Assembly: GCA_029245725.1 (NCBI GenBank)
Contig: JAQWOT010000201.1
Location: 3,059 to 67,058 of the forward strand
Direction of reading: 5' to 3'
Length of the DNA: 64,000 nucleotides
From: SAR324 cluster bacterium
GTDB lineage: Bacteria > SAR324 > NAC60-12
Shown here: positions 48,356-58,645 of the stretch, piece by piece
Layout: every line of letters begins with the position of its first letter
Position numbering within the stretch: position 1 is the stretch's first letter
Notes under the pieces: generated by a model
Database searches by the model: none
The model's input: the letters and a program-made list of their open reading frames with translations, nothing else
What the model was told of the DNA's origin: nothing
Position numbers and translations under genes: made by a program

Positions 48356-49779
48356 GCTAAACCTGTCTCAGAGTTCAGGACTTTCAACAAGCGCTCATGC
48401 AGATTATCAAACTTTCCGTTACTCATGATGAGGATTACATCACCACTAGTCGCCGTAGTCTGTAAATGTTCTAAGATAGCTGAGATTTCCAGTGCATGGG
48501 CTGGAATCTGGCTGTTCAGGGCATGCACTATTGCCTGGGCGTCTAATCGTTCATTTATAGGGATTCGCTCTGCTCGATGCGGTGGGGCCAAGAGAACTTC
48601 GTCTGCCTGAGCTAAGGCGCTGACCAATTGTTCTTGGTGTATCCGCAGGACACTAGTGTTGCTTCTCGGTTCAAAGACCGCACGAAGGCGTTTTCCAGGA
48701 TGCTTTTGCCGAAGAGCCCGAATAGTTTCTGCAACTGCCGTAGGGTGATGAGCAAAATCATCGTACACCCAGATGTCATTGATGGTTCCCCGCAATTCCT
48801 GACGTCGCTTCACACCCTGGAAGCTTGAAAAACCCTGCTGAATTTGTTCGGTACTAAGATGGTTATGCTGAGCCAGTAAAATGACAGCCGTGGCGTTCCG
48901 AATGTTGTGAATACCTGCCATTGGCAAGTTCCAGATTTGTTGAGAATTCTGACCAGCGCCTTCCAGCCGAAACTGAGAACCTGTTTCACAGATTTGAATA
49001 TCCTCAATTCGGACATTACAGTCCGGTCCTAGCCCAAATGTTAACAAGGGACTGTAAATTTGTTCCAGTACAGGTTTGAGGTTGTCATCGTCACCGTTCG
49101 CAACCACGAGTCCATTGCCTGGAACCAGACGTAGAAGCCAGCGGAAGCTTTGCTGTATTTGTTCGAGGGACACAAAAATATCAGCATGATCAAATTCCAA
49201 GTTGTTTAGTACCAACTGATCAGGCAGGTAGTGGAAAAATTTGGAGCGTTTGTCAAAAAAGGCTGTGTCGTATTCATCTCCTTCGGTGATAAAGAAGTCT
49301 CCACTGCCATCGGCACAACTAGTCTTCAAATTTTCAGCAATCCCACCAATCAGAAATCCTGGATTCATACCGGCGTTGGCAAAGATCCAAGCGAGTAGTG
49401 AAGTTGTAGTGGTTTTGCCATGTGTGCCAGTGACGACCAAAGAAGTTCGACCACGAATGAAGAATTCCTTCAGCAATTCTGCCATTGAAATATAAGGAAT
49501 ACGTTGGGCCAAGGCCGCTTCAACTTCTGGGTTGCCACGCGAGAGCGCATTGCCCAATACAACCAAGTCTGGTTGTGGTTCCAGATTCGCTAGAGAAAAG
49601 CCTTCATGAACTGGAATACTATGCTCTCTTAGGAAATCACTCATCGGTGGGTATACATTTTGGTCTGAGCCAGTGATGTGGTATCCACGTTTTTGGAGTA
49701 GTACTGCGAGAGAACCCATGGCAGTGCCACAAATTCCACTAAAATGAATATGGTTGAGAGAGGTTTGCTTGTGAATCAT
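48352..49779 (-). CDS. mpl: UDP-N-acetylmuramate:L-alanyl-gamma-D-glutamyl-meso-diaminopimelate ligase (murein peptide ligase)
   Basis: N-terminus …IHFSGICGTAMGSLAVLLQKRGYHITGSDQNVYPPMSDFL…QPDLVVLGNALSRGNPEVEAAL…GTHGKTTTTSLLAWIF closely tracks the E. coli Mpl N-terminus. 475 aa. Confidence 0.9.
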   Translation of the reverse strand: MIHKQTSLNHIHFSGICGTAMGSLAVLLQKRGYHITGSDQNVYPPMSDFLREHSIPVHEGFSLANLEPQPDLVVLGNALSRGNPEVEAALAQRIPYISMAELLKEFFIRGRTSLVVTGTHGKTTTTSLLAWIFANAGMNPGFLIGGIAENLKTSCADGSGDFFITEGDEYDTAFFDKRSKFFHYLPDQLVLNNLEFDHADIFVSLEQIQQSFRWLLRLVPGNGLVVANGDDDNLKPVLEQIYSPLLTFGLGPDCNVRIEDIQICETGSQFRLEGAGQNSQQIWNLPMAGIHNIRNATAVILLAQHNHLSTEQIQQGFSSFQGVKRRQELRGTINDIWVYDDFAHHPTAVAETIRALRQKHPGKRLRAVFEPRSNTSVLRIHQEQLVSALAQADEVLLAPPHRAERIPINERLDAQAIVHALNSQIPAHALEISAILEHLQTTATSGDVILIMSNGKFDNLHERLLKVLNSETGLA

Positions 49780-50095
49780 GAGTGAGTTACAAACAGGGCA
49801 ATGAAATGAGGTTTTGATCTTGGATGGTCCTAGGTCAATATATGAAAGTAAAGGAGTGATAGAACTTTTGAAAGATACTGTGTGGTTGGCTGATGAGCAA
49901 GTTGGTCAATTTATGTCAGTTGCAATTTTCTTTCAAAGATGCCGAATATTTTCTTCAATTTCCGAGAGGAGCATGAACTGGCAGAGCTAAGATGAATTAT
50001 CACCTACGTGTCGGAAATACTGAATGTAATCGTCTGACATGCCATACCCCTTGCAACAAATTTAGGGGAACTGGAAGTGCAAAATCAGATGGTTT

Positions 50096-50821
50096 TTGGA
50101 GGAAGCAATGAATTTTGCCGTAGTCCAAGATTTGGACTCAAAGCAGAGAAACTGGCTGGCAGAAGTAATGGTTGGTATCATCACGATTGATGGTAAAGTA
50201 GATGATGCAGAACTTCCCTACCTGCAGAAGGCAATGGAGTTGGTTGAGAGCCAGGAACTCAAAGAGAAACTACTTTCGGTGGCTAGGTTAGAAAGGAAAG
50301 TTCGAGTCCATTCAATTCAGCTGGATGGAGAACTAGCGTTTGAGATACTAAAGCTACTGGCCGGCATCATGATTGTAGATGGTCGTCTACTTCCCAGTGA
50401 AATAAATTTCTTTTATGAGGTCGGCCATCGACTTGGCTTACCAGATCAAGCTCTTGAGAAACTCTGGAAAACCGCAAGGCGTGAGATGGAAGATCGTTGT
50501 CCTCGAGCCGTTGCAAGGCTGGGTGAGGAAGCACGGGTTGTTGCTCTCCAGCAGATCAACTTGGAACGTGCAACATTTCGCTATCATCGTCCGGTGGTTA
50601 AGGGTGCACATGGTTCATTGAGCCTGCAGCAGCTCCCAGATGCAGATCCAGATATTGAAAAGGATTGGTACTCGTCTCTGAGTGGCAGGGTGATTAGTAC
50701 ACACCAGCATGTGAAGGATCCCAAAAGCTTTCTGCTACGGTTTGAATTCACCCAAACACTGCGGGATGATCATGGATTGTTGCAGTTACTCGGAATTTCA
50801 ACTAGGGAGAAAGGAAAGTGA
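50096..50821 (+). CDS. TerB-like domain protein with a PilZ-like C-terminal core (paralog of 7486..9006)
   Basis: N-terminus …WLAEVMVGIITIDGKVDDAELPYLQKA… is TerB-like. C-terminal …ERATFRYHRP…DWYSSLSGRVIS… aligns with …SRCTFRNPRA…EFYDRVEGRVTG… of the other paralog. Confidence 0.6.
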   Translation: MEEAMNFAVVQDLDSKQRNWLAEVMVGIITIDGKVDDAELPYLQKAMELVESQELKEKLLSVARLERKVRVHSIQLDGELAFEILKLLAGIMIVDGRLLPSEINFFYEVGHRLGLPDQALEKLWKTARREMEDRCPRAVARLGEEARVVALQQINLERATFRYHRPVVKGAHGSLSLQQLPDADPDIEKDWYSSLSGRVISTHQHVKDPKSFLLRFEFTQTLRDDHGLLQLLGISTREKGK

Positions 50822-50864
50822 GAGCAGGCTTCCAAGTGGATCCTGAAAGCCTTTTTTCGATGAA

Positions 50865-52145
50865 TCAGTGGCCGTGCCAAGACTTACATAGATGCTTGTC
50901 TGAAATGGGCAGCAGTGGCACCTGCTCCAAGAAAGCAACGTAGCAGAGGAAGAAAGCTCCACCGAAGCCCAGAGTGATTAGTAACTCATGGAATCCGAGT
51001 AGAATGTGATAGTGCCCGAAGTGTTGCAATGAAGGAACGACCATCATGTAAACAGCCAACCATTGTCCAATCGCAACGTAGATTCCCATGAATCTGATAT
51101 AATTGGGAGTGCGACACAAAGTTTTAGGCATCAATCCCAGGAAAACAGACACAAAGAGCCATAAGAACAGAATCAAAAATAGAGTTGACCAAGGCTCTGT
51201 TTGGGATCGGATTACCAAGTATGGTGTTTCCTCCGGAAGATCTGCATACCAAATCACAATGTATTGTGAAAAGGCCATGTATGTCCAAAGCAACGAGAAC
51301 GCAAAGACCAATTTTGTCAGATCATGCAATCTATTGATTGTGATGTATTCTGCAAGGACTTTTGAATGATTCCGAACGGTCACAGCGATGGCAATCAGAA
51401 TGCCCATTGTTGCTTGTAAATTCCCAATCAAGAAGAATACACCAAAAAGTGTACTGAACCATTCTTGATCAAGCGTCATCACAAAATCCCATACCAAAAA
51501 TGAACCACCGATTGCATAGAGCAATGCCAGTGCGGGCGCAATACGTGAGGATAGTTGGTTCAGTCGAGTAACTTCGTCTTCCTGATCTCCGTATCCATCC
51601 AACAATTTATCAGCCAGCACTCCACCCCAGCGAGAGCCCATAATCCTTCGGGCAAGTCCTAAATCTGGCTTGATAGAAGTCACAACGAACCAATATGAGA
51701 TTCCATAAAGCAAGAGCAGCCAGAAAATATTGCGGATGACAAAGAATTCAATATTCAACCAACCAGCTTTGACAGCTACTCCATGGTGCATGAATGGGGT
51801 GTGTGTCCACTCGTAAAGAACAGTGCTCCCGAAGAACACTAGAATAAACATCACGAAGGCAACAGGCAGGAAAGCAGCACAGGCTTCTGCAAGTCGTTTG
51901 AAAGGACGTCCCCATTTGGCATCAGTAATCTGCCAGATTACGGAGAGAATCACACCAGCCTGGGCAATACCTCCCCAAAACATTACGTTGATCAATAAAG
52001 TTTGCCATGTCCGTGTAATTCCTTCCTCATTACCGGTTGCTAAGCCAATCACGAACATGCCTGCACCAAGTAATACAAAGGCCCAGAGTACCGTCTTCAA
52101 ACTCTTGGGTAGTTCAATCTGAGAGTGTTCGATAATCTCTTTCAT
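50865..52145 (-). CDS. actF: Alternative complex III subunit ActF (NrfD/PsrC-like polytopic membrane subunit)
   Basis: Start taken at internal Met (MKEIIEHSQ…), giving the classic ATGA overlap with the actE stop. About 10 TM helices. Position in the operon. Confidence 0.75.
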   Translation of the reverse strand: MKEIIEHSQIELPKSLKTVLWAFVLLGAGMFVIGLATGNEEGITRTWQTLLINVMFWGGIAQAGVILSVIWQITDAKWGRPFKRLAEACAAFLPVAFVMFILVFFGSTVLYEWTHTPFMHHGVAVKAGWLNIEFFVIRNIFWLLLLYGISYWFVVTSIKPDLGLARRIMGSRWGGVLADKLLDGYGDQEDEVTRLNQLSSRIAPALALLYAIGGSFLVWDFVMTLDQEWFSTLFGVFFLIGNLQATMGILIAIAVTVRNHSKVLAEYITINRLHDLTKLVFAFSLLWTYMAFSQYIVIWYADLPEETPYLVIRSQTEPWSTLFLILFLWLFVSVFLGLMPKTLCRTPNYIRFMGIYVAIGQWLAVYMMVVPSLQHFGHYHILLGFHELLITLGFGGAFFLCYVAFLEQVPLLPISDKHLCKSWHGH

Positions 52146-52819
52146 TGCACCATGGCTCCTTTTCCAAACGCGTCGCTCATCATGTAATTGACCATATCCC
52201 AGCGGTCTTGCACTGAAGTCTGGGCTCCATAGGCAGGCATGTAGCCACGAGGCTCCTGAAAGAAACTGCCGTACTTGATCTTGTTGTAGAGGTGTGGGCC
52301 CCACTCAGGATTCTTTACCATCTGATCAATTGCTGGTGCAGGGACTCCTTTTTCAACCACAACGGTCTTAGCCAATCCATCTGTACCATGACAGGCAGCG
52401 CAGTAGGTGTCGTAGAGGACTTGTCCTCTAGCAATAGATATTGCTGTAGGTTGTCCTGGATTTTTTGGAAAGTATTCTCGCGGATGTCCTGCTTTTCCTG
52501 CGCCATCTCCTGCAATTGCAGGGATGAACGGATCGTAAATGCGCTGAATCTTGTTTAGGGAAATTTTGACGGGTACCGAATCTTGTGGAAACTGTTCGTA
52601 GCTTCCCTCTTCCATGGGTTTTAGGCTCTTCCCATCGTACATGTCTCGATAGAAAGGGTAGTCCTTTCCATCAAACCAAGGTTTGTCATCATTGGTAATC
52701 CCATAACCCGTATCCTTCGGATCGAAATAGGGGTAGTTGTCAACAGCAAAGACTACTCCACCTAGAGCTAGCATCGCAAAGGTTGTAGTAATCAGGCGCA
52801 CCTTAGCCTTTCTCAACAT
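52142..52819 (-). CDS. actE: Alternative complex III subunit ActE (monoheme cytochrome c)
   Basis: Signal/TM anchor, single CAACH site, operon position. Confidence 0.75.
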   Translation of the reverse strand: MLRKAKVRLITTTFAMLALGGVVFAVDNYPYFDPKDTGYGITNDDKPWFDGKDYPFYRDMYDGKSLKPMEEGSYEQFPQDSVPVKISLNKIQRIYDPFIPAIAGDGAGKAGHPREYFPKNPGQPTAISIARGQVLYDTYCAACHGTDGLAKTVVVEKGVPAPAIDQMVKNPEWGPHLYNKIKYGSFFQEPRGYMPAYGAQTSVQDRWDMVNYMMSDAFGKGAMVQ

Positions 52820-53327
52820 AAACCTCCTCTGCTTGATATTTTTTTAACAAATCCTCATAGAGTGTATATTGCGAAGCTTCACAGCGCACCACGATTCCGA
52901 AGCGATCTCGCTGGAAGCGTAAGTACTCTCGTGCTGCTTTGGGAATTGGATTTTTTAGCGAGTCGATAATGATCAAAATCGTCAGTCCGAGCAGTGTAAA
53001 AATGGCGGCATGAAGAATTGTCATCTCAAACCCGATGATAGTGAATGGTGTAATCGTCACAATCGGCTTTCCTCCCACAGGAAGTACCCAATCCGAAGCG
53101 GTCCAAGCTGGTAGGCTATAGCCAATCAGGCAGCCTAGCGCTCCGAAAAAGAGAGAGATAAACGGAACGGGACTCTGCGGTTCACCTAGCGCATGATCGA
53201 TTTCATGTCGAGGACAGGGTGAAAGTACGGTCGGTTCAACACCTTTTTTTCTCAATTCTTCAATTGCTTCTGTGGTGTCATCTAGGTATTCAAAAGTTCC
53301 CCAGACTCCTGAGAACTTAGTGCTCAT
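52803..53327 (-). CDS. actD: Alternative complex III subunit ActD (membrane subunit)
   Basis: 174 aa, membrane-associated, between actC and actE. Confidence 0.65.
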   Translation of the reverse strand: MSTKFSGVWGTFEYLDDTTEAIEELRKKGVEPTVLSPCPRHEIDHALGEPQSPVPFISLFFGALGCLIGYSLPAWTASDWVLPVGGKPIVTITPFTIIGFEMTILHAAIFTLLGLTILIIIDSLKNPIPKAAREYLRFQRDRFGIVVRCEASQYTLYEDLLKKYQAEEVYVEKG

Positions 53328-54795
53328 GATGTCCCTTTCTCATTGGAGGCTCAGCCGCCTCTTTCAATTCCATGATTGCCATCGGTGGTAAAGCTTTTAC
53401 GAATAGACTAAACAGCGTGAAGAAGAAGCCGAAGCTTCCAATTGTGATACCAACTTCCACCAAAGTTGGCCAGTACTCTCCCCAGTTGTAAGGATGAAAA
53501 TCACGCTGCAGTGAACTACCAACGATATTGAATCGCTCAAACCACATACCCACGTTGATCAGACCACAAATGATCCAAACTGCGACCAAGTTATTGCGAA
53601 CTTTTTTACGCCACAGAGGAATGGGGGCGATGACGTTACAGAAGACCATCAAGTAGAAGGCTAACAGTGGAAAAGAGACGGGTTGATCACCGGTGAGTGA
53701 CCAAGTGGCCATGTGTCCAAATGGCCTGAAGTAGAAGACGGCACGTTCATAGGGGCTACCACTGTACCAAGCGATGAAGAACTCGGTCGCATAGGCATAC
53801 CCTACAATCATCGAGGTAAACAGGATCACCTGACAAACTTTGTTGACTACGTGATAGCTGATGTAGTCCTCCAATCGGAACACCACCCTTACTGGAATGA
53901 GCACGGTCATTACCATTGCCAGTCCAGAGAAAATTGCTCCTGCAACAAAATAAGGTGCAAAAATAGTGGTGTGCCAGCCAGGAATCGATGCCATTGCGAA
54001 GTCCCAAGACACGATGGAGTGGACTGAGAAAACCAAGGGTGTCGCCAAAGCTGCAAAAATCAAGTAGCCCCGCATGAAGTGCACCCACTGGTGGTTCGTT
54101 CCACGCCAACTCATCGCAAAGATAGCATATATTTTAGCCTGGAGCATCTTGCCTCTCCTTTTGGCTTCATCTCGCATGATTGCCATGTCAGGAACCAATC
54201 CCAACAAAAAGAACATGATAGAAACGGACATGTAGGTCGTAACCGCGAAAACATCCCAAGCTAGGGGAGATTTGAAGTTCACCCAGAGGTAGCGCTCATT
54301 CGGATAGGGAATCAGCCAATATGCTAACCAAGGGCGACCAGTATGCAGGAGTGGGAATAGCCCTGCCGTCATTACGGCAAAGACAGTCATTGCCTCGGCA
54401 CTGCGATAAATCGCGGTTCTCCATGGTGCTCGGGTCAAGTAAAAGACAGCCGAGATCAGTGTTCCTGCGTGGCCGATGCCAATCCAAAAAACGAAGTCAG
54501 TGATGTAGAAGCCCCAGGCGATGGGGTGGCTGATCCCGCTATTCCCAATCCCAACATCAACTTGTATCGCTAGGCTGACTGCACCAAGTAGCAGAGCAGA
54601 GAGGAAACCCAACACAAGTAGAAAGTAGGAAGGATGCGGCTTTTCAAGCATCTCCACCATATCATCGTTGATCCGGGCGTAATTGAAGGTGGTTGCCCGA
54701 ATACCGGGGTGCCCCTTGTGCTCGTCAATTTCTTCGCGAAAAGGACGATTACTTGAGGTGTCCGTTACCGTTCCCCCAATCGTTGTGGAAGCCAT
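53317..54795 (-). CDS. actC: Alternative complex III subunit ActC (NrfD/PsrC-like quinol-interacting membrane subunit)
   Basis: 492 aa, about 10 TM helices, NrfD-family composition. Directly downstream of actB. Confidence 0.8.
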   Translation of the reverse strand: MASTTIGGTVTDTSSNRPFREEIDEHKGHPGIRATTFNYARINDDMVEMLEKPHPSYFLLVLGFLSALLLGAVSLAIQVDVGIGNSGISHPIAWGFYITDFVFWIGIGHAGTLISAVFYLTRAPWRTAIYRSAEAMTVFAVMTAGLFPLLHTGRPWLAYWLIPYPNERYLWVNFKSPLAWDVFAVTTYMSVSIMFFLLGLVPDMAIMRDEAKRRGKMLQAKIYAIFAMSWRGTNHQWVHFMRGYLIFAALATPLVFSVHSIVSWDFAMASIPGWHTTIFAPYFVAGAIFSGLAMVMTVLIPVRVVFRLEDYISYHVVNKVCQVILFTSMIVGYAYATEFFIAWYSGSPYERAVFYFRPFGHMATWSLTGDQPVSFPLLAFYLMVFCNVIAPIPLWRKKVRNNLVAVWIICGLINVGMWFERFNIVGSSLQRDFHPYNWGEYWPTLVEVGITIGSFGFFFTLFSLFVKALPPMAIMELKEAAEPPMRKGHHEH

Positions 54796-54827
54796 TAATA
54801 TCTCCTGTTTTGAGAGTAAGCTGTGGT

Positions 54828-57815
54828 TCAGTGAGCCACGCCGTGTTCGTTACCATACAAGCCTACGACCTCTTTGTGGTTGACCTTGCGCAAATAGGTC
54901 ACCGCAGGCTTGTAGTTCATTTCTGGGAAAATCTCATACTGGCGATCACGATTTTCTTTGTCGGGATCAGCGAGTAGATCCGGCTTTCTCTTGGCTAGTT
55001 GCGATACTTTGCTGTTTGGGTCAGCTAGGTTGCCAAATGTAATGGCTTTGGTTGGGCAGGTCTGCTGGCAGGCGGTTACGACTTCACCATCTTGTACATC
55101 TCTATCTAGATCGCGCGCTGCATACTTGGCCTCTGTCAAACGATGTACGCAGAAATTGCATTTTTCCATTACTCCCACTGCTCGAGTAGTGATGCTCGAG
55201 TTCAGTTGCTGATCTAGTGGAGCAGGGAACTCATAGTCAAACCAGTTGTATCGTCGAGCCTTATAAATGCAGTTATTAGAGCAATAGCGTGTTCCGACAC
55301 AACGATTGTAGATCATTGCGTTGAGGCCCTCTGGGTTGTGGTAGGTTGCATAGACCGGGCAGACAGGTTCACAACCAGCGTTGCTACACTGTTGGCACAT
55401 GACTGGTGTGAAGCGAGTTTCAGTTTCATCCTGGTAGCCTTCAAGGTAACGCTCCATTCGAATCCAGGACATTTCCCGGCCAACTGCAGCGCGCTCTTTA
55501 CCGACTACAGGGATGTTGTTTTCTGCGTAGCAAGCGACAACACAGGCACTACAGCCGTTACAGCGGTCCAAGTCTACCGTCATTCCCCAGCGATAAGGTT
55601 TATAATAGGTTGCTGTCTCAGAACGGTCTGGATAGAACTCAACAATTTCCTTCGGACGATGGTGCCCGCCTCCGTGGTTTGCTTTGTCACTAGTCAGAGC
55701 CGCTACCGTTGTAGCTGCAGCAATGTCACGACCCAACTGACGTGGGTTACCGTCCAGATTGACGGTGTAAGACTTAATAGTGGTTGGCACTACTTCTGCC
55801 TTCGTGCTGATGAATGCTAGATTACCAGTTTGGGCATCAGTCTTAGCAGGCAACAGGTTCATTACGTTGATACCGAAACCATCTGCTACAATGCCACTTG
55901 ATGTATGCCCTTGACCAATCGGAATGGCGACAGCCTCTCGGTGAATGCCATAGCTAAGGTATACAGTAGCGTTCAGGCTGCCTTGTGGTGTACGGACTTC
56001 AACGACACTTCGCTCCTTAATGCCTAGTTTTTTTGCAGTATCAGGATGGATTTCAGCCCAGGAGTCCCAAACTATTTGGCTGATTGGATGCGGTGTTTCC
56101 TGCAGCCAAGGTTTGTTTGCTCCGCTACCGTCGAAGTGGAATACAGAAGGTGCTGGAATGAGTGCCAAACCGCTTCCTCCAAGAGATGGTGCCTGATACG
56201 CAACACTAGTTACCTCATTTTGTAGGCTGATTGCGCTGCTCCAGCGTGGTGCCTCAAAAACTCCTCCATTTTCCAGAGTCTTGATCCAAAAGTTCTCAAA
56301 CGAACCAAAGTAACGACTTTGATGAACTTGAGCCCAGCGTTCATAAATATAATCACGGTAATTCGTGATTTCGGCAAAAGCCTGTGGATTGATCTGCTTT
56401 GCTGCAGCGATCATCACATCTTCACGAGTTCGTGCATCAAACGTGTTGACGGGAGCCATCACCGGTTGCTGAATGCTGAATATACCAGGACTTGGCATGG
56501 CATCTCCCCAGCTTTCGTAAGCAGTGAGGGCTGGGAGTACTAGGGTTGCCTGCTGGTTAGTTTCATTTTTACCTGCAGCAAGAGCAACGACCTTAGTCTT
56601 TTTCATTGCTTGTGCGAATCCAAGACTTGCTGGCAAGGTATGCAGGGGATTTGAATCATCAACAATTAGTAATTTGACTTTCCCAGCATTGAGATCCGAC
56701 AGTAATTGTAAGATTTGACTGTGAGATGTGTTTTCGCTGGGTTGTTCAGATTCATGAAATCTCAGAGTTTTGCCAAGATTACCTGCCGCTGCGTTCAGGA
56801 TGAAGACAGCAACTTGTGTAGCTGTTGCCTGCTCACTGCTATTCCATGTGCCACCAGCTACTGCAAGAGAGGAAGCTTGATGAAACTCTTCGGCAAGAGT
56901 TTGGATTTTTTCTGCTGAGATGCCTGTCTCACCAGCAACAAGTTCTGGTGAATAGGGAGATAGGTAATCACTCAGAAAGTCATGATGGGGATCACGCTGA
57001 TGAATAGCATGGGCCATAGCCAGAGCGATCATCGCTTCTGTACCGGGGTTGGCTGGCAACCACTCGTCAGCTCTTGCTCCACTTAGTGACTGATGAGGGC
57101 CAACGTGGACACATCGGTTTTTCTTTCCATCATTGTAGGCGTGCATATCGGCAAAGCGCCGAGCATTTTGCACAGTATTGCCCCAAGTTTCGATGAAATC
57201 TGCACCGAAGTTAACTAGTAATTCAGCATTTTCAAAAGCGTAGTCAGGAAGATCACTTCTTCCAAAGGCAATCTCGCAAGCACGTTGCTCTGCGGCGCGA
57301 CTGATGAGACTGAAGGCCAAACGCTTTCCACCACCGACTTCATTTAGCCAATTGTCGATAAAGTTGCCTTCGCTACCAACAGCAGGTCTACCTAAGTAGA
57401 CAATCTGACCTGCAGATTGTTGTACCAGATTTACAAATTCACTCTGAGCATCTTCCCAAGAGACGTTGTTACCCCCAGAAGTAGGCCGAGCATGTCGTTC
57501 TGGATTGTACAGAGTTTGTAGGGAAGCTTGGCCTCTTGCACAGAGCGCCCCTTGGTTATGAGGATGGTTCGGGTTTCCTTCCGCTTTTTGAGCTCTGTAT
57601 TCGCGAGTAGTGATCATCATCCCACAAGCAGCATCACATTCCCGACAAGTGGTCATATACTGGTAGCCAGTATTTGGCATGTATTCGAAGTCGACAGGGG
57701 GAACCAAAGCTGGAATGATTTTTTCTGGTTTTTGTTCACAACCAGCTGCTACAGCAGTTGTTCCACCTATTGCCATGAACTTGAAAAGATTACGTCGACT
57801 GAGGCCTTTTTTCAT
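54828..57815 (-). CDS. actB: Alternative complex III subunit ActB (molybdopterin-oxidoreductase-like domain fused to a 4Fe-4S ferredoxin domain; Tat signal)
   Basis: 995 aa. Tat motif SRRNLFKFMAIGG. Ferredoxin-type Cys clusters (…CNGCSACVVAC…, …CQQCSNAGCEPVCPV…). Confidence 0.85.
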   Translation of the reverse strand: MKKGLSRRNLFKFMAIGGTTAVAAGCEQKPEKIIPALVPPVDFEYMPNTGYQYMTTCRECDAACGMMITTREYRAQKAEGNPNHPHNQGALCARGQASLQTLYNPERHARPTSGGNNVSWEDAQSEFVNLVQQSAGQIVYLGRPAVGSEGNFIDNWLNEVGGGKRLAFSLISRAAEQRACEIAFGRSDLPDYAFENAELLVNFGADFIETWGNTVQNARRFADMHAYNDGKKNRCVHVGPHQSLSGARADEWLPANPGTEAMIALAMAHAIHQRDPHHDFLSDYLSPYSPELVAGETGISAEKIQTLAEEFHQASSLAVAGGTWNSSEQATATQVAVFILNAAAGNLGKTLRFHESEQPSENTSHSQILQLLSDLNAGKVKLLIVDDSNPLHTLPASLGFAQAMKKTKVVALAAGKNETNQQATLVLPALTAYESWGDAMPSPGIFSIQQPVMAPVNTFDARTREDVMIAAAKQINPQAFAEITNYRDYIYERWAQVHQSRYFGSFENFWIKTLENGGVFEAPRWSSAISLQNEVTSVAYQAPSLGGSGLALIPAPSVFHFDGSGANKPWLQETPHPISQIVWDSWAEIHPDTAKKLGIKERSVVEVRTPQGSLNATVYLSYGIHREAVAIPIGQGHTSSGIVADGFGINVMNLLPAKTDAQTGNLAFISTKAEVVPTTIKSYTVNLDGNPRQLGRDIAAATTVAALTSDKANHGGGHHRPKEIVEFYPDRSETATYYKPYRWGMTVDLDRCNGCSACVVACYAENNIPVVGKERAAVGREMSWIRMERYLEGYQDETETRFTPVMCQQCSNAGCEPVCPVYATYHNPEGLNAMIYNRCVGTRYCSNNCIYKARRYNWFDYEFPAPLDQQLNSSITTRAVGVMEKCNFCVHRLTEAKYAARDLDRDVQDGEVVTACQQTCPTKAITFGNLADPNSKVSQLAKRKPDLLADPDKENRDRQYEIFPEMNYKPAVTYLRKVNHKEVVGLYGNEHGVAH

Positions 57816-57832
57816 TTAAAAACTCCGAAGGA

Positions 57833-58645
57833 TCAATAGTGGCAGGTGTAACAATCAAGCAGATTTGGGTTATGGTAGTTTTGTTCATTCACCAAGTAAG
57901 ATTGGGCTTCTCTTCGGGCATCGTTCTCTTTGGCATTGTTCCATCCTGCCATTGTGCTCATAGCGCGCTTACGCTCAATAGCCCCTTCCACTTGTAAGTG
58001 GCACTGCATGCACCACCCCATCCCACCAAAATTCTGATCTACCACATGGGCAACTTCCATCTCCTGTACACTTCCATGACATGACTGACAGCGCTGGTCC
58101 CCTCCGTTTCGGAACAGCATCACCCTACAGGATAAGGAGCGAGGATCTGCATTCAGGTCACAATCGTTGCCGGCACCGGCTATGAAGCGACTTGCATCTG
58201 CATTGATGTGTTGTTTGTGAGGAAAGCGGACGAAGTCTGGAATGTCATGCAGCTTTACCCAGGGAATGGATTCTCCTTTTGACCAGAGATCACGCATTTT
58301 GTCTACTTCTGGGTGCTCAGCTTGTACCAATTCTTGTCCATGAGGACCATGACAACCAACGCAGGTACTTACAGGTGGAATTCCGGAAGAATGTGATCGC
58401 CGAGCATAGAGATGGCAGTATTGGCAAGCAATGCCATTCTGGCCAACATGTAGTTTGTGGCTGAAGGCGATGGGCTGTTCTTTTGGTTCAGTAGAGATCG
58501 GGAAGATTGCAAAAGAGTTCAGTGGAGAAAATAATAAAAACAAGGTTCCTAGCACGAGAGTGCTAACACCTAGTCGCAGTGAGATCAGATAGAATCGCAT
58601 GATACTCCAGTTATCGGTTGAGTACGGAAGTGAAATCAAAACCAC
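57833..58645 (-). CDS. actA: Alternative complex III subunit ActA (pentaheme cytochrome c)
   Basis: Signal/TM anchor plus five CxxCH sites (CQYCH, CVGCH, CQSCH, CMQCH, CYTCH). Confidence 0.8.
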   Translation of the reverse strand: MVLISLPYSTDNWSIMRFYLISLRLGVSTLVLGTLFLLFSPLNSFAIFPISTEPKEQPIAFSHKLHVGQNGIACQYCHLYARRSHSSGIPPVSTCVGCHGPHGQELVQAEHPEVDKMRDLWSKGESIPWVKLHDIPDFVRFPHKQHINADASRFIAGAGNDCDLNADPRSLSCRVMLFRNGGDQRCQSCHGSVQEMEVAHVVDQNFGGMGWCMQCHLQVEGAIERKRAMSTMAGWNNAKENDARREAQSYLVNEQNYHNPNLLDCYTCHY

